The notes: generated by a model not told the origin, from the sequence alone. A DNA stretch of 61,262 nt, filler included, from Nemertoderma westbladi (GCA_032718475.1; 3 parts of 3 records of this genome joined end to end with filler, not necessarily neighbours in it), one strand, 5' to 3'; positions 9,598-22,249 are shown, counted from the first letter of the whole stretch. Made by a program: numbers and translations.

Positions 9598-12447
9598 CTA
9601 CCAGCCAGTGTTATGTGGTTGCACGTACTGTGTATTGAGTGTGGGGTGTAATTGCTGGATGAAATGTTTCTCACTTATTTTCCTATCTGCCCAGTCTTTG
9701 CATGTGCGAACTATACGAATTGTGAATGGCTGTGCGATACTATGTTGTCCAGGGTGTACGTCGAGAAAATGCTCACCAATGGCTTCCTTGCGATTTCTGC
9801 AGCGAATGCAGCTGCGATGCTGCATCATTCTGTTCCTGAGGCGCCCGGACGTCTCCCCTATGTAATTCTCTACCCGCTGAAGGCACAAAGTGCAGGTTAT
9901 TTCGTAGATTACGTTGCGTACAGTACAGGGTTTCACCCCGCAGGTGATGCATGTGTAACATTCTGTGTTAGTTGGTGCTGGGCAAGTGGCGCCTGTGAGA
10001 CTGGCTCTGACCAGCTGTTTCTTTAATTTGGGACCTGGGGTGTGTACTACTCTTATGTCTCCTCTGAGGTTAGACGTACTAACTATGCGTTGCACCTTTC
10101 TACGTAAACCCTCGTTGATAAAAGGTAATACTAGAGGTACTGGGGAACCATTTCGTGGGGTGTTCATGCGTGTGGGGTGCGGGGGTGCTCCACTGAGTTC
10201 GTTATGTATTAATTTGTGGATCATTGAAACAGGGTAGTCATTGTCCGTGAGAATTGTTTTAATTTTGTCAAGGCTACGCTCACGTCCTTCCAACGTGTTG
10301 CTGTTGCGTATGGCTCGCTTGATGGCAGACCTAGCAGTATTGGTTATTATGTTACGGGGGTGGCAGCTAAAAAAGTTGAGAAATATACCTTTATTGGATG
10401 GTTTGATATAGAGTTCGAAATTGATTTGTCCTGTGTTATTAATTGTTGTGGTTACGTCTAAAAAAGGGATACTGGTGTAAGATTGTTCCATAGTGTACTT
10501 AAGGGTCGGGTGGCAGCCATTGAGGTAATCGAGAAACTTACTAAGTTCCTCTTCCCCATGTTGCCAGACGGCCCACCCATCATCATAGAATCGAAACCAA
10601 CATGCAACCGATAAGCTATAATTATTTAAAAATTCGGATTCCTTAACATGAATAAATATTACCGCGAAATGCGCGGCTAAACGCACACCCATTCCCATCC
10701 CATCCTTCTGTTGGTAAAATTTACCGTTGAACCGGAAAAAAGTGAATTCTAGGCTAATTTTAAGAAGTCCATAAAACTCAGGCATCTCCATACCGAACAT
10801 ATTGATATTGTGTCTATGTTTATTAACAAAGTCCGAAACTAGGTCAATTCCCTCTTGTACGGGAATATTGGTGTACATAGACACTATATCCAGACTGAAA
10901 ATAATGTCCCCCGGTTCCAATGGGTCTATCAGTTTAACTCGTTCAATGAAATCCTTCGTGTTAACTAGACGTTCTGGAACATGGCGTACTGCTTGCCCCA
11001 GAACTCTACTGACCAACCATCCTGGCTTTTCCGCCGCTGATCCAGATCCAGAAGAGATTGGACGCATGGGTTCACCGGGCTTGTGGGTCTTAGGATTGCC
11101 GTAAAGTTCCGGTACACGTGGGTGGGTGCTCCTTAACGCTCTACGTAGATAATCTTGGTCGCTCCGCCCTAAAACGCAGGAAACTCCAGCGTTGATGGTC
11201 GTCGTAGCGTTAGGGTTAGGGTCCCTCGGCAATGGTGCATAGGAATGGGAATCCGAGAGAATGTCCCTCTCCATCCTGTCGATATAACTGCCGCGTCCCA
11301 TAACTGCGAAACCACCGCTTTTATCTGTTTTTTTGACGATTATGTCCTTGTTCGCGCGTATGTGTTTGAGTGCGGTTTGCTCTGTGTGAGTTATGTTATG
11401 TTTAGTGCTGCGAGGGTGAGTCAGTTTGCGTTGAATGAACGCCGACGTAATGGAACTTTTGAGTTTATCCAGGTCTCTCTGAACTGCAGGCGAAACGTCT
11501 TCCGGGGGTGGGCTCTGGTAAGTCTCCGGAAAAGGAATCCTTCCAATCTGTTGCGGTTGTGGGATATTGGAACCAGTACCGGTACTAGCAGTCTGCACTG
11601 TTGTGCCGGCGGTATTAGTCGTCCCGGGGCCCGGCGGTGTCTGCCGTGCTGCAGAAACCTTCTCGCATTCGAGCTTCCAACTTAGCCCGTATGCCAGACG
11701 GTCTAAACCGATGACGACGTCGTCCAAGATGGTATCACTCACTTCGTGTTGAAGTGCGAATTGTGGTCCTTTGCTGAGTAGCGTACGGGTGCCTCCGGGG
11801 AGGGTGAGCGAGTCTTCTACGTGTACCCTGTTGTGTGCTAATTCTGTAGTGCGTCGGGTCTCTGTGCGGGCTGTTGGGCTAGGTATTGCGCGTAGTTTAC
11901 CAGCATGCGTTGCAGCAACTTGCCGCTTCGCTGCAATTGAGATGTTTCCGTTAAATTCCTTCATCCTAGCTAGGAAGGCCGCCGGTAAGTTGAAGTCCTC
12001 AATACGTTGTTGTAACTGATGCAACTCCCGGGTGAGACACTGTATGCGCGCGTGGATCGCACATACCGCCGCTCCGAGTGCTCTACGTTTGTAATTCGTT
12101 ACGATGTTGCTAAAACTACGGTGCTGAATGCTAAGTTTTACCGATTGTTCGATGAATGGTGGGAAGATACGCAGTCGTTGGCAGGTATGTAGGAAGTCCT
12201 TGTGCTGGTTGTAGCGGGCCAGTTTTTCCGTTTTGAAGCAAACTCCGAGGAGGGCGTACCGCTGATCGTGCGGGAGAATAGACTTATAGATGAACTTACG
12301 TGCACGGGTCACCGGTGGAAACATATCAATGGGGGGAGGTTGAGACTGATCTATTATCGAATGACCGAGAGAAAATTTAGTTGCCAATATTTCAGCCACT
12401 ATATTATAGATTGCAAAACAAACAATAATATAAATACAGGCCTTCAT
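9598..12447 (-). CDS. Penelope-like RT + GIY-YIG endonuclease, second intact copy
   Basis: Same 949-aa ORF with about seven amino-acid substitutions. Confidence 0.95.
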   Translation of the reverse strand: MKACIYIIVCFAIYNIVAEILATKFSLGHSIIDQSQPPPIDMFPPVTRARKFIYKSILPHDQRYALLGVCFKTEKLARYNQHKDFLHTCQRLRIFPPFIEQSVKLSIQHRSFSNIVTNYKRRALGAAVCAIHARIQCLTRELHQLQQRIEDFNLPAAFLARMKEFNGNISIAAKRQVAATHAGKLRAIPSPTARTETRRTTELAHNRVHVEDSLTLPGGTRTLLSKGPQFALQHEVSDTILDDVVIGLDRLAYGLSWKLECEKVSAARQTPPGPGTTNTAGTTVQTASTGTGSNIPQPQQIGRIPFPETYQSPPPEDVSPAVQRDLDKLKSSITSAFIQRKLTHPRSTKHNITHTEQTALKHIRANKDIIVKKTDKSGGFAVMGRGSYIDRMERDILSDSHSYAPLPRDPNPNATTTINAGVSCVLGRSDQDYLRRALRSTHPRVPELYGNPKTHKPGEPMRPISSGSGSAAEKPGWLVSRVLGQAVRHVPERLVNTKDFIERVKLIDPLEPGDIIFSLDIVSMYTNIPVQEGIDLVSDFVNKHRHNINMFGMEMPEFYGLLKISLEFTFFRFNGKFYQQKDGMGMGVRLAAHFAVIFIHVKESEFLNNYSLSVACWFRFYDDGWAVWQHGEEELSKFLDYLNGCHPTLKYTMEQSYTSIPFLDVTTTINNTGQINFELYIKPSNKGIFLNFFSCHPRNIITNTARSAIKRAIRNSNTLEGRERSLDKIKTILTDNDYPVSMIHKLIHNELSGAPPHPTRMNTPRNGSPVPLVLPFINEGLRRKVQRIVSTSNLRGDIRVVHTPGPKLKKQLVRASLTGATCPAPTNTECYTCITCGVKPCTVRNVIYEITCTLCLQRVENYIGETSGRLRNRMMQHRSCIRCRNRKEAIGEHFLDVHPGQHSIAQPFTIRIVRTCKDWADRKISEKHFIQQLHPTLNTQYVQPHNTGW

Positions 12448-12454
12448 CAGGGCA
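12382..12454 (-). ncRNA. Hammerhead-like motif in the Penelope pseudo-LTR, copy 3
   Basis: Identical motif, shifted by 6264. Confidence 0.7.
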
Positions 12455-12729
12455 TACGGAGATTACTCACAAATGTAAAAAACTAGACTACTGTCAACCA
12501 GCTACCGGTACTACTTACTACAATACTACTGCTACTGTCTGACTGCACCACTACTGTATGTATAATGAACGAAGAGCACTGAACTACAGTATAACGCAAA
12601 CATACAGTATGACAAAACGGGATATAATGTAATTTGGAGCCGAAGAAATTTAAATATTACAAATTTTGCGTCCGAAAAAATTATTAAATTACGTGCAAAT
12701 CAGAAAAGTGTTATATTTACCGGCACTAC

Positions 12730-13549
12730 CTACCAGCCAGTGTTATGTGGTTGCACGTACTGTGTATTGAGTGTGGGGTGTAATTGCTGGATGAAATGTT
12801 TCTCACTTATTTTCCTATCTGCCCAGTCTTTGCATGTGCGAACTATACGAATTGTGAATGGCTGTGCGATACTATGTTGTCCAGGGTGTACGTCGAGAAA
12901 ATGCTCACCAATGGCTTCCTTGCGATTTCTGCAGCGAATGCAGCTGCGATGCTGCATCATTCTGTTCCTGAGGCGCCCGGACGTCTCCCCTATGTAATTC
13001 TCTACCCGCTGAAGGCACAAAGTGCAGGTTATTTCGTAGATTACGTTGCGTACAGTACAGGGTTTCACCCCGCAGGTGATGCATGTGTAACATTCTGTGT
13101 TAGTTGGTGCTGGGCAAGTGGCGCCTGTGAGACTGGCTCTGACCAGCTGTTTCTTTAATTTGGGACCTGGGGTGTGTACTACTCTTATGTCTCCTCTGAG
13201 GTTAGACGTACTAACTATGCGTTGCACCTTTCTACGTAAACCCTCGTTGATAAAAGGTAATACTAGAGGTACTGGGGAACCATTTCGTGGGGTGTTCATG
13301 CGTGTGGGGTGCGGGGGTGCTCCACTGAGTTCGTTATGTATTAATTTGTGGATCATTGAAACAGGGTAGTCATTGTCCGTGAGAATTGTTTTAATTTTGT
13401 CAAGGCTACGCTCACGTCCTTCCAACGTGTTGCTGTTGCGTATGGCTCGCTTGATGGCAGACCTAGCAGTATTGGTTATTATGTTACGGGGGTGGCAGCT
13501 AAAAAAGTTGAGAAATATACCTTTATTGGATGGTTTGATATAGAGTTCG
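12730..13549 (-). CDS. Penelope-like ORF, third copy (C-terminal part only, truncated by the assembly gap)
   Basis: Same C-terminal sequence running into the N run. Confidence 0.9.
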
Positions 13550-13649
13550 NNNNNNNNNNNNNNNNNNNNNNNNNNNNNNNNNNNNNNNNNNNNTTAATTA
13601 ATTAANNNNNNNNNNNNNNNNNNNNNNNNNNNNNNNNNNNNNNNNNNNN
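13550..13649. other. Artificial contig linker
   Basis: 44 N + TTAATTAATTAA (stops in all six frames) + 44 N. Confidence 0.95.
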
Positions 13650-14160
13650 GGGGGGGGGGTACCTGAATAACGTCACTATATTCCAGGACATATAACCTAA
13701 AAAACCTATAAAAACCTATAAAAAACTGGTATCGACTCTAATTCGGGTACGTATTACCACAATTCGGTCTTCGAAAAGTTGAAAACCCCGTGGAAAGATT
13801 TGAACTTCTTCTAAAGGAAACTTTTAAGAGTAAAATTAACTTATTATTTAAGGGTATTATAGTTCAGTAGCACAGCGAGTGGGGTTATTATAGTTCGGTG
13901 GTTTATTTCATATAATCAACACGCATTATTGCAACATATTTATAATTTTCATTTTGCTTACAAACTTGAAAATGTAAAATGAATAGCTACGATCAACTTT
14001 GGTGAGGACAACGTTGTCCTCACCATCGTTTTAAATATCTTAACAATAAAACAACGATGTAAAGTTAATAGTAATCCGATAAATTATCAACTAATATATA
14101 GGCCTAATTAGGATAAATATGGAATTACACGCAGAACCAAAACGACAGTAAATTAATTAC

Positions 14161-14706
14161 CTGGTCTTTGGTTGAGTATTCCACAAACCCATAGCCCTTG
14201 AAGTGACCGGAGTTGTCACTGTAGACCAACCAGCATCGCTCCAACTCACCATGAGGGGAGACGAGACCAACAAAGTCGCTCTGTTTATATGACAACGGGA
14301 GATTAGCGATGCAGAGCATTGCGTCTATGGGAGGATAGGAGACCTCGAGATGCGTGTCCATATACGGAGCGTTATTGAGGGACTTCACTACATCTGCTGC
14401 TTGCTCTCCCGTCTCCAAGGAGATTGAACAAGTGGATGACTCAGCGCCGCGGTCTATATGGAGACTTAAAATCGGGTAGGAGCCAATCAGCTGGCGTATT
14501 TCCGCGGACGTTACCGCGTTGGACAACCCCCTGATACAAATCTTCCGTCTGCCAACGAATTCTTCTCGCGAGCGCGTTATATCGCTCTCTCTGAGGATTC
14601 CAGGTATTGGGGTCAACATGCACGCATCTTCGGGGCCTAGTTGCCGTGGTAACTCGACGTTAGTATCACGCATTACTAGCGGCCGGCCTTTACCTTCCGC
14701 TGTCAT
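14161..14706 (-). CDS. RAVER: RAVER1/2-like (ribonucleoprotein PTB-binding) gene, first coding exon with RRM1 and most of RRM2
   Basis: RRKICIRGL..PIDAMLCIANLP..GELERCWLVYS..KGYGFVEY resembles vertebrate RAVER1/2. ATG at 14706, donor CAG|GTAATT at 14161/14160. No later exons recognised in the window. Confidence 0.85.
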
Positions 14707-15905
14707 TATCGCAACACTCACACAATAGAATCAAAAATAATTAAATAAAAAAAAGTTTGTTTGTAGTTAAAAGTTCTATATGCCAATATTATTATATAAC
14801 ATAATGTGTTAATATGTTTCATGAGTTATTGCACCCCGAGGACTCATCAGGAAACAATAAAAATATAGCAATCTACGTATATAAAATACAATACTAATCA
14901 TAAAATAATTTGAGATTATGGCAGATATCAGTATAATGCGACTGCGCAGGTAGTTTTAATATGTGCCCAAATAATAAACAATAAGGAACTACTCACGCAC
15001 ACACTGGGTTACGGCGACGCATTGAATAGCTAGAGGGCTTGCCAAGTTTGAACGCAAGCAGAACCATAGCAGCTATATAATATTAATAAGTAATATACTG
15101 GGTTATATGCGGTGCATCTACTACACTCACATTGGTGCCTATTATACCATAGCGCTCACGTGAGTAGCGCAATAACGTACGGACAATAGATTTATCTGAG
15201 CCCTCACTACTAGAGTATGAATACCACCCACCTTCCTCAACCAAAGTTGAACAGTTAGGCCCTCAAAACGCAGCCATTGTTATCCAAAGAATAGGTTCAT
15301 TCCTCAAGTTCTTTTAATCGCCTTTCAAGCATCGATAAGTCTAAACCCAGCAGCGTAATTAATTACTGACAAGATGAAACCCAAAGTGCGGAACTAATTA
15401 ACCCAATTAAGGAATACTTAATTTCATGAACATTAACAATAATTGTGAAAATCAAATGACATTAATTGTATATAAATATAAGATACCTATGCCACATGCA
15501 CATATACTGCACGGCGTGTGATTCACCTTAATAATATATTGTTTCCCGTAGTATTATTATTATTATCGGCTACCTGTCTTCCCTTTCAGTAGAGCGGACT
15601 CATTGGAGGGCGACTGTCTGCTAATGTAATGTACTGCTTCACTCATCCCTTGTTTTACGTTAATCTACAGATATGGAAGAAGTAAAACATTCCAATTAAT
15701 TATTCATTGTCTCTACGGCAACAGGTATCTGAGGCTATGGTTGACTTCCGTTCATCATTTTATTTCCGGTCTAGGGGTGATATAATATCAATATATTTCT
15801 TTGAAGTCCTTTTTTGTCAAGCGCACAATCAAGGTGACAAAACGTACACTTTTTCGCTCTTTATTGTTCTATAATGTAGAACTCCGCATTGAGAACATTA
15901 ATTAA

Positions 15906-18292
15906 AGTAGAAGTCCGGCATTTGTTCCCTCCTAATAGTAGAAGTCCGGCATTTGTTCCCTCCTAATAGTAGAAGTCCGGCTTTTGTTCCCTCCTAATAG
16001 TATAAGTCCGGCATTTGTTCCCTCCTAATAGTAGAAGACCGGCATTTGTTCCCTCTTAATAGTAGAAGTCCGGCATTTGTTCCCTCCTAATAATAGAAGT
16101 CCGGCATTTGTTCCCTCTTAATAGTAGAAGTCCGGCATTTGTTCCCTCTTAATAGTAGAAGTCCGGCATTTGTTCCCTCTTAATAGTAGAAGTCCGGCAT
16201 TTGTTCCCTCTTAATAGTAGAAGTCCGGCTTTTGTTCCCTCCTAATAGTAGAAGTCCGGCATTTGTTCCCTCCTAATAGTATAAGTCCGGCATTTGTTCC
16301 CTCCTAATAGTATAAGTCCGGCATTTGTTCCCTCTTAATAGTAGAAGACCGGCATTTGTTCCCTCCTAATAGTATAAGTCCGGCATTTGTTCCCTCCTAA
16401 TAGTAGAAGTCCGGCATTTGTTCCCTCCTAATAGTAGAAGTCCGGCATTTGTTCCCTCCTAATAGTAGAAGTCCGGCATTTGTTCCCTCCTAATAGTAGT
16501 AGTCCGGCATTTGTTCCCTCCTAATAGTATAAGTCCGGCATTTGTTCCCTCTTAATAGTAGAAGTCCGGCATTTGTTCCCTCCTAATAGTATAAGTCCGG
16601 CATTTGTTCCCTCTTAATAGTAGAAGTCCGCCTTTTGTTCCCTCCTAATAGTAGAAGTCCGGCATTTGTTCCCTCCTAATAGTAGAAGTCCGGCATTTGT
16701 TCCCTCCTAATAGTAGAAGTCCGGCATTTGTTCCCTCCTAATAGTATATGTCCGGCATTTGTTCCCTCTTAATAGTAGAAGTCCGGCATTTGTTCCCTCC
16801 TAATAGTAGAAGTCCGGCATTTGTTCCCTCCTAATAGTATAAGTCCGGCATTTGTTCCCTCCTAATAGTAGAAGTCCGGCATTTGTTCCCTCCTAATAGT
16901 AGAAGTCCGGCATTTGTTCCCTCCTAATAGTAGAAGTCCGGCATTTGTTCCCTCCTAATAGTATAAGTCCGGCATTTGTTCCCTCTTAATAGTAGAAGTC
17001 CGGCTTTTGTTCCCTCCTAATAGTAGAAGACCGGCATTTGTTCCCTCCTAATAGTATAAGTCCGGCATTTGTTCCCTCCTAATAGTAGAAGTCCGGCATT
17101 TGTTCCCTCCTAATAGTAGAAGTCCGGCATTTGTTCCCTCCTAATAGTATAAGTCCGGCATTTGTTCCCTCTTAATAGTAGAAGTCCGGCATTTGTTCCC
17201 TCCTAATAGTATAAGTCCGGCATTTGTTCCCTCTTAATAGTAGAAGTCCGGCTTTTGTTCCCTCCTAATAGTAGAAGTCCGGCATTTGTTCCCTCCTAAT
17301 AGTATAAGTCCGGCATTTGTTCCCTCTTAATAGTAGAAGTCCGGCTTTTGTTCCCTCCTAATAGTAGAAGTCCGGCATTTGTTCCCTCCTAATAGTATAA
17401 GTCCGGCATTTGTTCCCTCCTAATAGTATAAGTCCGGCATTTGTTCCCTCCTAATAGTATAAGTCCGGCATTTGTTCCCTCTTAATAGTAGAAGTCCGGC
17501 ATTTGTTCCCTCCTAATAGTAGAAGTCCGGCATTTGTTCCCTCCTAATAGTATAAGTCCGGCATTTGTTCCCTCTTAATAGTAGAAGTCCGGCTTTTGTT
17601 CCCTCCTAATAGTAGAAGTCCGGCATTTGTTCCCTCCTAATAGTAGAAGTCCGGCATTTGTTCCCTCTTAATAGTAGAAGACCGGCATTTGTTCCCTCCT
17701 AATAGTATAAGTCCGGCATTTGTTCCCTCTTAATAGTAGAAGTCCGGCATTTGTTCCCTCCTAATAGTAGAAGTCCGGCATTTGTTCCCTCCTAATAGTA
17801 TAAGTCCGGCATTTGTTCCCTCTTAATAGTAGAAGTCCGGCTTTTGTTCCCTCCTAATAGTAGAAGTCCGGCATTTGTTCCCTCCTAATAGTAGAAGTCC
17901 GGCATTTGTTCCCTCTTAATAGTAGAAGACCGGCATTTGTTCCCTCCTAATAGTATAAGTCCGGCATTTGTTCCCTCCTAATAGTAGAAGTCCGGCATTT
18001 GTTCCCTCTTAATAGTAGAAGACCGGCATTTGTTCCCTCCTAATAGTATAAGTCCGGCATTTGTTCCCTCCTAATAGTATAAGTCCGGCATTTGTTCCCT
18101 CCTAATAGTAGAAGTCCGGCATTTGTTCCCTCCTAATAGTAGAAGTCCGGCATTTGTTCCCTCCTAATAGTAGAAGTCCGGCATTTGTTCCCTCCTAATA
18201 GTAGTAGTCCGGCATTTGTTCCCTCCTAATAGTAGAAGTCCGGCATTTGTTCCCTCCTAATAGTAGAAGTCCGGCATTTGTTCCCTCCTAAT
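15906..18292. repeat. 31-bp minisatellite, about 77 copies
   Basis: Unit AGTAGAAGTCCGGCATTTGTTCCCTCCTAAT. Confidence 0.97.
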
Positions 18293-19508
18293 ACTCATTT
18301 TATTAACGTTGGAGTTGTAGTGGTGGGGTGATTACTCAACGGAATCAAGGTTTGATAACGTTGAACTTGTAATTGCGGAATTTTCAGATACCAATCATAT
18401 TTTATTAGTGGGCGATTTCAATGCCCGCACCGCAAATAAGCCAGACTATTTGACTAGTAACATAGCAACAAATACTGAGCTTGGAGAATTATTTCCCGAA
18501 GATTGTGCAAATGATTTGGATATTTTTGATCGCTTTAGTGTAAATGTTGAAAGGTTTAACAGGAATAATATTGTAAACGCCCATGGTAAACGTCTTTTAA
18601 ATATGTGCAAGTGTACCGGCTTAATGGGCGCATTTTTCCTGATTCTAGAATAAGGAAATATACTTATTGTAGTAGCTTGGGTAGATCCATTATTGATTAT
18701 TTTATTAGCTATTTAGAACTGTTATCTAAATTATCATCATTGGTGGTCGGGTAAATAAATATTTTTTCTCACCATTGTGTAGTGTCGGCAACGGTTTGCA
18801 TAGATGTGCCTTCACCCCGGCCCCCTGCTGAGCCTCTTACGGCGGACGAGGAACGTACGAGGTACATACACGAAATTTTTGGAGGAAATCAATGGCAAGT
18901 AGCTTTAACTCATATCTTAACTGCGATGAAGCAAAAGTACAGATTGATTCTATTTACGACCAGCTATTAGAAAGCTTAGATAATGGCAATAGAGGTGGTA
19001 TACAGGACGTTGTTGTCTTTTAAACACACTTTTATTGAATGCCCAGCATAGTAACCATGGCAACCAAAATAAACAAGGTAAAGTACAAAGTAATACACAT
19101 AAACCCTGGGCGGCGCCTTGGTTTGAGACAGAGTGCAATTTAAGTCGCGCAGCTTTTTCTTCTCCTTGGAAAATAACAATAGATTGCACAGGGAGTACCA
19201 GATCTACGTTATGCCAAGTAGGTACGCATGTGAAAACTCAGACTGATGAACTGATTGGTCTTAGGTTAGCATCACCGCGTCAGTTTTGGAAGAAACGATG
19301 TAGTGTAGTGGTGAGATTAATAAAGATGCTAAACCTAGCCTAAGTGAATTTCACGAGTATTACAGAAGGTTGACTTTTGAGACAGGGTCAAATGTCAATG
19401 GACTTACTGATGTGGGGTATCGTCCGAGACATTGATGTTACCGAAAGCATGTTTTATTTTAAGACTTATTTATCTCAAGCGTTTACTGAATCTGAGGTGG
19501 CAGAGGGT

Positions 19509-19810
19509 GGTTGGGTGCAACCTTCGCCCGCGTACAACCTTCGCCCGCGTCCCATTTGAAGGAATTGACCAATTGAGGGAAAGGAGCAGGTTATAGAGAG
19601 GGCTTTTTCTAGCCAAAACAATAAACGATGTTGTTACCAATTGAGGGAAAGGAGAAGGTTACAGAGACGGTTTTTTTTAACCAAAACAATAATTAATTAG
19701 TGGGCGAAGGTTGCTCGCGGGCGAAGGATTCCGACGGGTGATAGTTGCTCATTTTAGGCGAAGATTGGACGTTGGCGAAACTTTCTCGCGGGCTAAGTTT
19801 GCTGCATATC
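19509..19810. mobile_element. MITE with CTTCGCCCGCG-rich inverted termini (degenerate copy)
   Basis: Termini match the 20370-20852 element in opposite orientation. No clear TSD. Confidence 0.65.
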
Positions 19811-20369
19811 TAGGTTAAAGAGTAACAAGACGCCTGGCATCGCTGAAATCCTATTCAAATACAGCTACAATTCAAATACAGCAAAACAATTTTAGAAAAC
19901 ATCAAAAATGGATCGCTCTCTATTAAAGAAGTAGCAAGCGAAAACTTTGTAAAGGGGATTTACGATATGGCGGGCGTAAATTTTGAAATGAAACACTCGA
20001 CAATCATAGAGTACTTTTCCATGGACATATATATACATAGCTCCGGAGTAATACTATTAAACCCCACAATGCACCTTTTGCTACTACTACAGTATATTGC
20101 ATTGGCTCAATATTTTATTAACTGTGAACATTAATTTTATTTATTCTTAACGTTGTCTGTGCGATTCTAGTAACCGCATTTTTACACTTTTTTTTATATG
20201 TCAGTTTATCTGATTAAATACATTGAAATACAAAATAAGAAATACAAAATATGGATAACTTACCCAATGAATTTTTTATAACGGGTGCTGAAACATTGGT
20301 GCCAGTCATTACAAGTATATTTAACGTAGTTCTATATTCTGGAAAATTCCCGCAACATTGGACAATTGG

Positions 20370-20852
20370 GGTACGCAGCAAACTTCGCCCGTCGCCCGCG
20401 AGAGAGCTTCGCCCTCGTCCAATCTCCGCCCGGAGCAATCTTCGCCCTCAAAATGAGCAACTATCGCGGGGCGGATACCTTCGCCCGCAGGCAATCTTCA
20501 CTCGCGAACAACCTCTGTAACCTGCTCCTTTCCCTCAATTAGTAACAACATCGTTTATTGTTTTGGTTAGAAAAATCCGTCTCTGTAACCTGCTCCTTCC
20601 CCTCAATTAGTAACAACATCGTTTATTGTTTTGGTTAGAAAAATCCGTCTCTATAACCTGCTCCTTTCCCTCAATTTGTAACTAAAATATTTACTAACAC
20701 AAATCTTATTGGGCGAAGGTTGCTCGCGGGCGAAGATTGCCTTGCGGGCGAAGGATGTACGCGGGCGAAGATTTGGACGCGGGCGAGTGGTGTACGCGGG
20801 CGAAGATTGGACGCGGGCGAAGGTTGTACGCGGGCGAAGATTGCACCCAACC
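20370..20852. mobile_element. MITE with repeat-rich imperfect TIRs and 8-bp TSD
   Basis: TSD ACAATTGG at 20362-20369 and 20853-20860. Removing the element restores the LINE reading HWTIG|LISPFYK. Confidence 0.85.
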
Positions 20853-22249
20853 ACAATTGGATTGATTTCACCATTCTACAAGCGTAAAGGGTCAAAAGTT
20901 AATCCAAACAATTTTAGAGGAATTACATTGTTAAGCACTTTAGAGAACAACTACTTACATCACTACTGAACCCCAAAATTCAATGGTGGGCGGATGCATT
21001 CGGTGTAATAGTTGAGGCTCAAGGTGGTTTTCGACCAGGTAGATCTACAATAGACCAGCTGTTTATACTAAAGTCGTGGATTGACATGACTATGGGAATG
21101 CACGCTAACTCTCGTCTGTATTGCGCATTTATTGACTTGCGGAAAGCATTTGATACGGTAAACAGGGATTCGCTGTGGCTCAAGGTAATTTGGGGTTTGG
21201 TGGAAAACTATTTGCTCTTATTAAGGATATCTAGCTACAGGGAGGTGAAGTCATGTGTTTGTTCGGATGGAAAAATGTCCCCAAAATTAGATTGCATGTT
21301 AGGTGTACGGCAGGGGGAATGTTTGAGTCCCATTTTAATTAATTTGTTTATTAACGACCTAGAAAGTGAACTGGCTGCAAACTACTCATGTGGTGTGCTG
21401 ATATCGATGACTCAACTATACTTTTTTACGCTGACGACATAGTTTTGCTAGCTACATCAGAAGAAAGTCTACAGTCTTTACTGGATGTTCTAGAACACTA
21501 CACATATTATTGGGGCCTAATAACTGGAGGTCTAATAACTAATAACGTCTTAGTACTGGAGATAAACCGTAGCAAATCGCAAGTTGTCTTATTTCGCGGT
21601 TGGGGCTGTTTAAGAGTAAACGAGGTGTGGGAGGAGTATTAAGGAGAGCCAATGCAAAATGTATATCAATACGAATATCTAGGAATTACGTTTTCAGCAA
21701 TTCGTGGTAATTTCCATCAAGCCCAGAACATCATAGCAGAAAAAGCGGGGGAAGGCCTATTTCGTATTGTTGATGTATTTCGCATCATCCCATTAATCAC
21801 ATTCCATGTAGCCCGAAATCTATTTGATACGTTAATTACTCCAATTCTATGCTATGGGGCGGAGGTCTGGGGGTTCACAGATATTCCGAACACGTTGCTG
21901 GGGCGCAGCACGCGAACTTGAGCAAGTTCGAAACAAGTTCGATTTGATCTGGAGTCAAAAGTGCGAGAGGTAACTTTGCCCGTAACTTTGAAAAATATAG
22001 ATGTTTCAATAATATTAAAAATATTTTATCTAGTACGCCCATACAAAATTTGGTTGAAAATGGTTAAAATCTTCAAAAGTTATTTACGAATGAATTTTTC
22101 ATTTACGGACAGACAGACATGAAAGTTTGCCCTATTTACTAATTATAATTGTCCACTAAGGCTCGCCTTTACTGCGTGGCTCGCCCCACACTGTCAGCGT
22201 TGAATTGAAATTTTAAAGCACTTTATGGGTGTTAGGACTTGGACGCCAA

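Larger units (their letters stand above)
6022..13549 (-). mobile_element. Tandem array of Penelope-like retroelements (3132-bp period, 2.4 units visible, cut by the gap)
   Basis: ORF stops at 6466, 9598 and 12730. The element 3' end at 6022 repeats the sequence at 9154, giving the typical pseudo-LTR/tail structure. Confidence 0.95.
18300..21890 (+). mobile_element. Decayed LINE ORF2 (APE + RT; CR1/L2-group-like), interrupted by insertions
   Basis: Motifs in order across frameshifts: GDFNART, SIIDYF, PWFETEC, KSNKTPG, NFRGITLLS, QGGFRPGRSTIDQ, FIDLRKAFDTV, GVRQGECLSP, LFYADD, YLGI, YGAEVWG. Confidence 0.9.

Noticed and set aside
6476-13369. Short plus-strand ORFs overlapping the Penelope ORFs
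   Set aside because: Antisense shadows repeated only because the element is repeated.
13594-13605. TTAATTAATTAA inside N runs (also 35747-35758) as a piggyBac site or biological motif
   Set aside because: Identical 100-nt construct at both gaps, consistent with an assembly linker.
14805-14856. CTGATGA..GAAA on the minus strand upstream of RAVER as a hammerhead
   Set aside because: No convincing stem II adjacent to the core, and no stem I partner.
15574-15664. Possible minus-strand exon (AG..open frame..CAG|GTAG) upstream of RAVER
   Set aside because: No recognisable homology, and its phase does not join the RAVER frame at the nearest AG.
15906-18292. CRISPR-like array (also considered for the other short-unit arrays)
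   Set aside because: Units are contiguous with no unique spacers, there are no cas genes, and the context is eukaryotic.
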